64,000 nucleotides of DNA from Geminicoccus sp. Lineage in GTDB: Bacteria; Pseudomonadota; Alphaproteobacteria; UBA7985. The notes beneath the pieces were generated by a model. That model ran no database searches. It was not told the DNA's origin and saw only the letters and a list, made by a program, of their open reading frames with translations. Location: the NCBI GenBank assembly GCA_002708995.1, contig PAPT01000031.1:7902-71901 (forward strand). The letters are read 5' to 3'. The position numbers were made by a program, and so were the translations under genes. Each line of letters starts with the position of its first letter. The first letter of the stretch is position 1. This document shows, piece by piece, positions 57,978 to 64,000 of this stretch.

Positions 57978-58011
57978 ACAAAAGAAAGAAGGGGGCGGTG
58001 AGGCCCCCTTC
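57978..58011 (-). terminator. intrinsic terminator of the DUF1501 gene
   Basis: Plus strand aaaagaaa-GAAGGGGGC-ggtgag-GCCCCCTTC. On the minus strand the hairpin is followed by CTTTCTTTTGTCATTT. It lies 10 nt past the stop at 58021. Confidence 0.5.
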
Positions 58012-58020
58012 CCATAGGGG

Positions 58021-59319
58021 CTAGCCGAGGATGCGGACTGGCGAGAACGCCCCTCCGCCAGCACCTTGTCCCCCGACCGCACGGGTCGGATCGAGGCCCC
58101 ACAGGTCCCGGGCAACGCCCGTATAGACGCTGCGGAAATCGGTGGTGTGTACCATATCGCGGTCGACCAGATCGCGCGCCTCCAGCGACGGCCGCTGGCC
58201 GCCCAGCCCGCCCTTAACCGCGCCGCCAGCGAGGATCACCGGCGCTGCCGTACCGTGGTCGGTGCCCGCCGAGCCGTTCTCGTAGAACCGGCGACCGAAC
58301 TCCGAGTAGGTCATCAGCGTCACCTGCTCCCACAGGCCAATGTCACGGGCGGCGCGCTCGAAGCCAGCCAGCGCTTCATCGAGCTCGGTGAGCAGGAAGG
58401 CGTGCGCCTCGGCCTGGCTGGCGTGGGTGTCGAAGCCGCCGTGGCTGACCTTGAACACCGGGGTGCTCACACCGGCGTCAAGCAGCTGCAGCGCCACGGT
58501 AAGCTGTAGCCCCAGCAGGCTGTCAGGCATGCCGAAGTCACGCTGCGCCGAGGCGTGGATCTTCCGCTCCAGCAGGTCAGCGGTACCCAGCGCGTTGCTG
58601 TGCACGCTCAGTACGTGGTCCAGCGCGGCATTCCCGCCCGAGGGCCGGACCGCATGGGCCACCGCGCTAGTGTCGTCCATGCCAGCCCCCATGGTACCGC
58701 CGATCTCGTCTATGTCCTCGTAGCCGCCCAGCACCCCGGCGGCGCGCAGGGCGTCGGTCTGCTCGAAGAAGCCTTCGATTTCCTCCAGCCCGGTAAAGCG
58801 TCCCGGCCCGCGCAGCGGCCCCATTTCACCGCCCAGACGAATGCCGTCGGTGTCAAGTTCCAGCCCGCCATCGGGGCTGCTCATCAGGCGCGAGATCCAG
58901 CCCTGGGTGGCCTTGCTGTCTGCCCCCACTCCGGCGTTCCAGATTTCGATCGAGCGGAAGTGGCTGCGGTTGGGGTCGGGATAGCCCACGCCTTCGATCA
59001 GGCGCAGGTCGCCCCGCTCCCACGTCCCTGCCAGCCCGCCGAGGCTGGGGTGCAGGCCGCCGTCGCTGTTCAGCCCCAGCACCTCCGAGCCGGAGAGCGC
59101 CAGCGTCGGGCGGGCGCGGTGGTAGTTGTCGTCGCGGAAGGGGATCAGCGTGTTGAGCCCGTCGTTGCCCCCTTCGAGTTCGATTAGGATCAGGCTCTGG
59201 TTGCCCCCGGTGGCGGCACCCGCCGCCCAGACAGGCGTGCTCAGCACGGGCAGGGAAGCAGCAGAGGTCCCCAGTAGACGCAGCCAGCTACGGCGGTTCA
59301 TGGAGAGTTCGGTGGTCAT
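58021..59319 (-). CDS. DUF1501 family protein with a twin-arginine (Tat) signal
   Basis: 432 aa. Tat motif NRRSWLRLLGTSAA. Sulfatase-like fold hallmarks GGNDGLNT and the C-terminal GTDHG. Classic partner of DUF1800. Confidence 0.75.
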   Translation of the reverse strand: MTTELSMNRRSWLRLLGTSAASLPVLSTPVWAAGAATGGNQSLILIELEGGNDGLNTLIPFRDDNYHRARPTLALSGSEVLGLNSDGGLHPSLGGLAGTWERGDLRLIEGVGYPDPNRSHFRSIEIWNAGVGADSKATQGWISRLMSSPDGGLELDTDGIRLGGEMGPLRGPGRFTGLEEIEGFFEQTDALRAAGVLGGYEDIDEIGGTMGAGMDDTSAVAHAVRPSGGNAALDHVLSVHSNALGTADLLERKIHASAQRDFGMPDSLLGLQLTVALQLLDAGVSTPVFKVSHGGFDTHASQAEAHAFLLTELDEALAGFERAARDIGLWEQVTLMTYSEFGRRFYENGSAGTDHGTAAPVILAGGAVKGGLGGQRPSLEARDLVDRDMVHTTDFRSVYTGVARDLWGLDPTRAVGGQGAGGGAFSPVRILG

Positions 59320-59354
59320 GGTCGTCGGCCTTTCATCCCGTCACAGCGGGGCTG

Positions 59355-61625
59355 TCATTTCAGGTTAAAGCGGGGGTCGAGGATCAGCGTGGTCAGCAGC
59401 TGTTCGAGGCTTTCGTCGTCCTCGATCGCAAAGGATGCCGTGGCCAAATCCGGGTTCGGCACGGGCAGCAGCAGGCCTTCGATGGCTTCTGCGGTCCGCA
59501 GATCAGCGGGCAGGGCGGCCAGCCAGTCCTGCGGCCCGGCGTGAGTTTCGCTCAGCCGCGCCTGATAGCGCGCGACAACCGCTTCATCGAGCGTGCCGTA
59601 GACGTCATCCACGCGCTCTTCGTCCGGGGTTGCGCCTGCGCTCGCCGGAATGGCCAGCGCCAGCAACTCCGGGGCGAGGCCGAGGCTGTTCGGGCGGCTG
59701 TAGCCACGCTCGAGGCTGGGGGCCTGCCGCAGGGCGCGGGCGAGGGTGCCGCGCCGGGCGAAGCGGTTGGTAACTTCTGTCGCAGCCCGCTGGACATCGC
59801 CGAAGGTTGGCAAGCTTTTGCCGGGCTCTTCGGCTGCGTCCTCGGCCAGATAGGCCCAGGTCTGGTCGTCGCGGACCGCCTTGATCAGCTCGGGCAGGGC
59901 ACTGACCAGCGCAGCGAGGAAATCGGCCTCGTCCCCGCTCAGCCGGCGCACGCCATCGGACATATCGTCGGGCGAGATGAAGAATTCGACGCCAGCTTCC
60001 GCGTCAGCCTCTTCTTCGAAGCGGTCTTCGTCGACATAGGGCAAAGTGCGGGCGAGCAGGGCCTGCAGCGGGCAACCCGCGCCGCAGTTCTCACTGCCGA
60101 CCCCGAGGTAGATTTCGCTCTCCCCGCGGCCGCTGCCAGCCTCCTGCCCGGCGCCGACGAAGAACCGGAAATCGCGGAAGGTCTGGCCCCGGAACCCGAC
60201 GTCGTAGAGCTGCAGCTCGACCCCGGTCTCCTGCCAGTCTTCGTCGCGGAACTGCCAGGCCCAGCCCAGGGCAACCTCGCCCACGCGGAAGCCGCCGGTT
60301 TCGGCCTGCTGTCCTGCTTGCCCGATTGCAGGGGATGCGGGGACGGAGCCGGCTTCAAAATCATCGTAAATCCACATCTCACCCAGATCCCGCAGCGCGG
60401 TCGAGCGCAGCGCGAGGCTTGAATCGTTGATCCAGTTTGGCCCTTCCTGCCAGCCGGCCGCGTTCGGCGGGAAGAACAGCGCCTGTCCGGCCTGCTCGCT
60501 CCAGTCGGCGATCTCGCCCAGATAGCTCGGCGCGGTGCCGAAGCTGCGGTTGAAACCGACGAACAGCTCGATTGGCGATTTGATCAGGGTGCCGTGATTG
60601 CCCGGCTCCCAGAACGCCGGGGTTTCAAGCAGCGCTTGGTACAGGGTCGGCAGGTCCCAGTCCGCCGCCCGCCAGCGCGCGACCATGGTGTCGATCTGCG
60701 CCGGGTCGGGGGTCTCGGAGATAAAGTAGCGCCACAACTGCTCGGCGATATAGGCGCCGAAGGCGGGCTGGGCGAGGATCAGGTCGGGCAGGTTGTCAGC
60801 GTTAAACCGCCCCGACTGGCCGAAGATCGTCTTCGTGCCATCGTCGTGCTGACCCTCCCAGAAGCGGAACTGACCGTGCTCGTCCATGCCGTAGCCAGTC
60901 AGCGCGCGGGCAACCTCGCGGATGTCGGCCTCGGTGTAGCCGCGCCCCTGTCCCAGCGTGAACAGCTCCAGCAGCTCGCGGGCGAGGTTTTCGTTCGGGG
61001 CGCCTTTGACGTTCTCGACGTTGCTCAGATAGAGCAGCATCGCCGAGTCACGCAGCTGCAGTGCCAGCATTTCCCGGAACGAGCCATTGAGGCTGTTGCG
61101 GATGGTCAGGAACTTGCTCGCCGTCAGCTGCGCGTTTTCGTGATTTTCGAACGAAGTCACGAAGTGGTCCATCCAGAACAGGGTCATCTGCTCCTTGAAC
61201 GGGCTGTCAGAGCCGATCATCTCCACGACCCACCATCCTTGCAGGGCCTGCAGGTTGAGGAACTGCTGACCCAGCGCTAGCTCGCCGAGGGTCTCATTCT
61301 TGGCGTAGAGGAATTCGACCGGGATCGGCCAGTCGTAGAGGTACTGGGGCAGGGGCTGGGTTTCCGGCGCCCGGGTGTCGTCGAGGATGCTGGCGAGCAG
61401 CGCGCTGCGCGGCTGTCCGACAAAGGCGCTGAGGTGGGCCGGCGCCGCGCCAAAGCTGGTGCGGGTCAGGGCGTGGCGCACGTCGGCGGCGCTCAGCGGC
61501 TGGCTCAGGTCGGCGCTGCCTGCGCTGGTCTGGGCGAAGGCGGGGGTCACAGCCGCCCCGATCGTGGTTCCCAGCGCGAGGGTCGCGGCCCCGGCCAGAA
61601 GCCGGGCAGGACTCAGGGTTTTCAT
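59355..61625 (-). CDS. DUF1800 family protein
   Basis: 756 aa. Signal MKTLSPARLLAGAATLALGTTIGAAVTPAFAQ. Conserved DUF1800 block MTLFWMDHFVTSF...NENLARELLELFTLGQGRGYTEADIREVARALTGY. Confidence 0.75.
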   Translation of the reverse strand: MKTLSPARLLAGAATLALGTTIGAAVTPAFAQTSAGSADLSQPLSAADVRHALTRTSFGAAPAHLSAFVGQPRSALLASILDDTRAPETQPLPQYLYDWPIPVEFLYAKNETLGELALGQQFLNLQALQGWWVVEMIGSDSPFKEQMTLFWMDHFVTSFENHENAQLTASKFLTIRNSLNGSFREMLALQLRDSAMLLYLSNVENVKGAPNENLARELLELFTLGQGRGYTEADIREVARALTGYGMDEHGQFRFWEGQHDDGTKTIFGQSGRFNADNLPDLILAQPAFGAYIAEQLWRYFISETPDPAQIDTMVARWRAADWDLPTLYQALLETPAFWEPGNHGTLIKSPIELFVGFNRSFGTAPSYLGEIADWSEQAGQALFFPPNAAGWQEGPNWINDSSLALRSTALRDLGEMWIYDDFEAGSVPASPAIGQAGQQAETGGFRVGEVALGWAWQFRDEDWQETGVELQLYDVGFRGQTFRDFRFFVGAGQEAGSGRGESEIYLGVGSENCGAGCPLQALLARTLPYVDEDRFEEEADAEAGVEFFISPDDMSDGVRRLSGDEADFLAALVSALPELIKAVRDDQTWAYLAEDAAEEPGKSLPTFGDVQRAATEVTNRFARRGTLARALRQAPSLERGYSRPNSLGLAPELLALAIPASAGATPDEERVDDVYGTLDEAVVARYQARLSETHAGPQDWLAALPADLRTAEAIEGLLLPVPNPDLATASFAIEDDESLEQLLTTLILDPRFNLK

Positions 61626-61762
61626 CTTTTGTCTCCTTGAAGATGAGGGGTGTTTCGCCAGTCAGTTTTGGTCGGTCGGTGCCGGGCAGCACCGGATTTT
61701 GGTGGGAGGGTACCGGCCCGGCTTTAGGTCAGATCAGGTCGGTTTGGTTCCGGTCGGTCTTT

Positions 61763-62215
61763 TCAGAGGGGCCACAGGACAAAATCCTCCCCTTCGAACA
61801 GCAGCTCCATCAGCGCCCCGCGCTTGTCCAGCGGCAGGGTGGCCAGATAGCCCACGAAATCTTCGAAGAGCGCCCGGGACAGGGCCGTGCGCTCGTCCTC
61901 GATCTGGTTGAAGGTCTCGAACAGCACTTCGGGCCGAATGTCTTCTTCCCAGAGCTGCTCGAGCACGAAGTCGGTCTGCTCGTCCATCCGCACCACCAGT
62001 TCGTCGATGCTGATGTCCCGGCTTTCGAGCAGGGCGTCGAGGTTGGCCCAGTCATTCTCGTCAAAGCCGGATTCCTCCAGCGCGGCCCAGGGGCCTTCTT
62101 CTTCTCCGGCCGGGTTGCCCCAGTTCTGCCAGATGACAAAACCGGCGGCGCTGACCACACCGATGTTGAGGAACAGCGATCCGAGCGCAATCCACAGGAT
62201 AAGCGGGTTTTTCAT
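61763..62215 (-). CDS. periplasmic acidic helical protein (third gene of the ECF operon; Spy/CpxP-like sensor candidate)
   Basis: 150 aa. N-terminal anchor LILWIALGSLFLNIGVV, then a highly acidic helical region. Begins 4 nt after the anti-sigma stop. Confidence 0.4.
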   Translation of the reverse strand: MKNPLILWIALGSLFLNIGVVSAAGFVIWQNWGNPAGEEEGPWAALEESGFDENDWANLDALLESRDISIDELVVRMDEQTDFVLEQLWEEDIRPEVLFETFNQIEDERTALSRALFEDFVGYLATLPLDKRGALMELLFEGEDFVLWPL

Positions 62216-62218
62216 GGT

Positions 62219-62629
62219 CTATTTCTCCCGGCTGCCGCTGCGGACCTTGAGGTTCAGCGCGTCGCCGACCCCGCGGAACTCGACCTGCATGGTTGGCGGG
62301 CTGCTGCCGCTGCCCAGACCGCCACCAGAGAGCAGGCCGCTGGCCAGCTGTGCCCCAGCGGTCGCGCCCAGCCCGAAGCAGACGGCCAGTCCCATGACCA
62401 GCGCCGCCATCCGCAACCGTCCGCCCGAGGTCTGGCGTTGCTGCCGGGCAGCACCAGCGGCGGCGGTCTCCGACGCCTCCGCCGCCACTTCGGCCGTATC
62501 CAGCAGCAGCAGGGCAAGGTCTGGGTCAGCCAGCATGGCGCGGTCTAGCGCGGCCTGTTCCTCTCGGTTCAGGCGCTCCCCACCCGCCCGCCGGGCGATC
62601 AGGATAAGAATATCGTTGTTGTCCGTCAT
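62219..62629 (-). CDS. putative anti-sigma factor (single-pass membrane)
   Basis: 136 aa. Cytoplasmic N-terminus, one TM helix MAALVMGLAVCFGLGATAGAQL, short Gly/Ser-rich periplasmic tail. Its start overlaps the sigma stop (ATGA). Confidence 0.5.
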   Translation of the reverse strand: MTDNNDILILIARRAGGERLNREEQAALDRAMLADPDLALLLLDTAEVAAEASETAAAGAARQQRQTSGGRLRMAALVMGLAVCFGLGATAGAQLASGLLSGGGLGSGSSPPTMQVEFRGVGDALNLKVRSGSREK

Positions 62630-63258
62630 GGCCTGTCCCCCACAGGTCGGTCGTCGGTCGTTGCCGACGTTGTGTCGTGCGCGCCGTTGTGGTCATCGGG
62701 GAAGGTCCCATCAGGCCGCAAGCCGGCGTCGCGCAGTTTCTTCAGCGCCCGTGCCTTGAGCACGCGCGCGGTGTTTTCGGAAATATCCAGCGCCCGGGCG
62801 ATATCCGGCCCCTGCATGTCCCGCTCGAAGGTCAGGCGCAGGACCAGCCCTTCACGATCGCTGACCAGGCCCTCGGGCACGACCTCGGCGATCTTTTGAC
62901 CCCCGGCTCCGGGGGCGACGGCCATCGCCTCCGCCGCGTTCAGGTCCGCGCCGCTGTGCCGCCGGGCGGCCCGTAGGCTGTTTGATGCAGTCGAGCCCCC
63001 GACCACGGCGAGAAAGGCCCGGATCGAGCCTCGGCTGGGATCGAACCGCCGCAGCAGGGCAAAGTCATCCGCCGTGATCCGCTCCAGCGACGCGCTGATC
63101 GCGTCCTGAAACAGCCCGGCGTCGGGCTTCAGTCCCTGTCTGGCGAAGGTTCGGTGCACGGCGGCCTCCAAAACGGGTCGTGCATTGAGAATAAACCGGC
63201 TCCAAGCGCGTTCTTCCCCTGCCAGCAGGGCTGAGAAATCGGTTTGATCCAAATCCAT
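62626..63258 (-). CDS. ECF-type RNA polymerase sigma-70 factor
   Basis: 210 aa. Region 2 (FSALLAGEERAWSRFI...) and region 4 HTH (ARALDISENTARVLKARALKKL). Confidence 0.8.
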   Translation of the reverse strand: MDLDQTDFSALLAGEERAWSRFILNARPVLEAAVHRTFARQGLKPDAGLFQDAISASLERITADDFALLRRFDPSRGSIRAFLAVVGGSTASNSLRAARRHSGADLNAAEAMAVAPGAGGQKIAEVVPEGLVSDREGLVLRLTFERDMQGPDIARALDISENTARVLKARALKKLRDAGLRPDGTFPDDHNGAHDTTSATTDDRPVGDRP

Positions 63259-63360
63259 TCCAGCACACGAAAGTTCGTTGTTTCAGAAGCCTTACACAGG
63301 CAGACTGGCATAGCGTTTACGCCCGATCCATTTTTTCATAAAAATCGAACAAGGTGCCCC

Positions 63361-64000
63361 ATGGCTCAGGAACCCCAGCAGTTTGTCAGCCTTTCCCACG
63401 GCCGCGTGCATTATCGCGCAGCCGGGCCAAGCGACGGGCCTGTCGTGGTGCTGATCCACGGTTTTTCCTTCGCCAGCTGGTGCTTCAACTTCCTCGGGCC
63501 GCTGCTCGAGGACGCCGGATACCGGGTGTTCGCCCCCGACCTCTATGGGCGCGGGTTCAGCGACCGGCCGGACGTGCGCCACGACCGGGGGCTCTATAAC
63601 CAGATGCTGGCCGAATTCCTCGATGCCGTCGGCATCGAAGAGCCGGCGGTCCTCGTCGGCAACTCCATGGGCGGGGCGATCGTTGCCGACTTTGCCGCGC
63701 ACTACCCGGGGCAGGTGCGGGGCCTGGTGCTGGTGGTCACGGCGGGGCTGCGGCTATCGCGGCCCATGAGTCTAGGATGGCTGGGGGTGCCGGTGATCGG
63801 CGACCTGATCTGGCGCTGGATCGGCCAGGATATCGCGGTTTCGTCTTCGCCCGACCCGGTGGTGCGGGAGATGGCCAACGCCGCCGTCAAGCAGCAGGCG
63901 GAAATCCCGGGTTACTACGCGGCACTACTCAGCACGCTGCGCAACTTCCCGCTCGACGGCATGGGGGAGAGCTTCGAGACCCTTAGCATTCAGGGTACGC
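63361..64000 (+). CDS. alpha/beta-fold hydrolase (3' end outside the window)
   Basis: Starts MAQEPQQFVSLSHGRVHYRAAGPSDGPVVVLIHGF...; nucleophile elbow GNSMGG. The ORF runs to the end of the window, so the gene is partial. Confidence 0.7.
   Translation, partial: MAQEPQQFVSLSHGRVHYRAAGPSDGPVVVLIHGFSFASWCFNFLGPLLEDAGYRVFAPDLYGRGFSDRPDVRHDRGLYNQMLAEFLDAVGIEEPAVLVGNSMGGAIVADFAAHYPGQVRGLVLVVTAGLRLSRPMSLGWLGVPVIGDLIWRWIGQDIAVSSSPDPVVREMANAAVKQQAEIPGYYAALLSTLRNFPLDGMGESFETLSIQGT

Noticed and set aside
61637-62548. 303-aa plus-strand ORF
   Set aside because: Antisense to the periplasmic protein and anti-sigma genes of the ECF operon. Arg/Gly/Ala-rich.

Overview
High-GC (~65%) chromosomal segment, most likely from a marine alphaproteobacterium. 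Syntenic housekeeping blocks (slt-dapA-smpB, ndk, holC, hdaA, pckA, fabH, ttcA) suggest this, but the organism is not identified. Gene density is high. I support about 55 protein-coding genes, two minus-strand tRNAs (Pro-UGG, Val-UAC), one frameshifted PaaI-type thioesterase pseudogene and several intrinsic terminators. Functional blocks: (i) cell wall and core metabolism (threonine dehydratase, Slt, DapA, SmpB, class II aldolase); (ii) two tandem paralogous cadherin-like/RTX-repeat proteins; (iii) a KAS III-like enzyme followed by a stand-alone MoxR-type AAA ATPase; (iv) an AT-rich (~40% GC) insertion of about 1.9 kb carrying a foreign class II fumarase next to the thioesterase pseudogene; (v) a central carbon block (gamma-glutamyltransferase, acetoacetyl-CoA synthetase, L-lactate dehydrogenase-like, class I FBP aldolase, GlpX, and PEP carboxykinase further on); (vi) a putrescine/agmatine gamma-glutamylation catabolic cluster (SpuC-like aminotransferase, PauA/PuuA-like synthetase, PuuB-like oxidase, agmatinase, PuuD-like amidotransferase) with a divergent 2OG-Fe(II) oxygenase; (vii) an Lhr-type DEXH helicase, ABC-F ATPase and Ndk; (viii) an RND efflux pair whose periplasmic adaptor carries an unusual C-terminal near-identical tandem repeat domain; (ix) an ECF sigma / anti-sigma / periplasmic protein operon running into a DUF1800-DUF1501 (Tat-signal) pair. 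The items least explained by known families are the repeat-bearing adaptor, the duplicated-domain secreted protein with the CHPNDC(D/N)WG motif, the cadherin-like paralogs, the foreign fumC islet and the ECF-DUF1800/DUF1501 operon. No CRISPR array, integrase or transposase was recognised. Many long antisense ORFs in the six-frame track are GC artefacts and were rejected.
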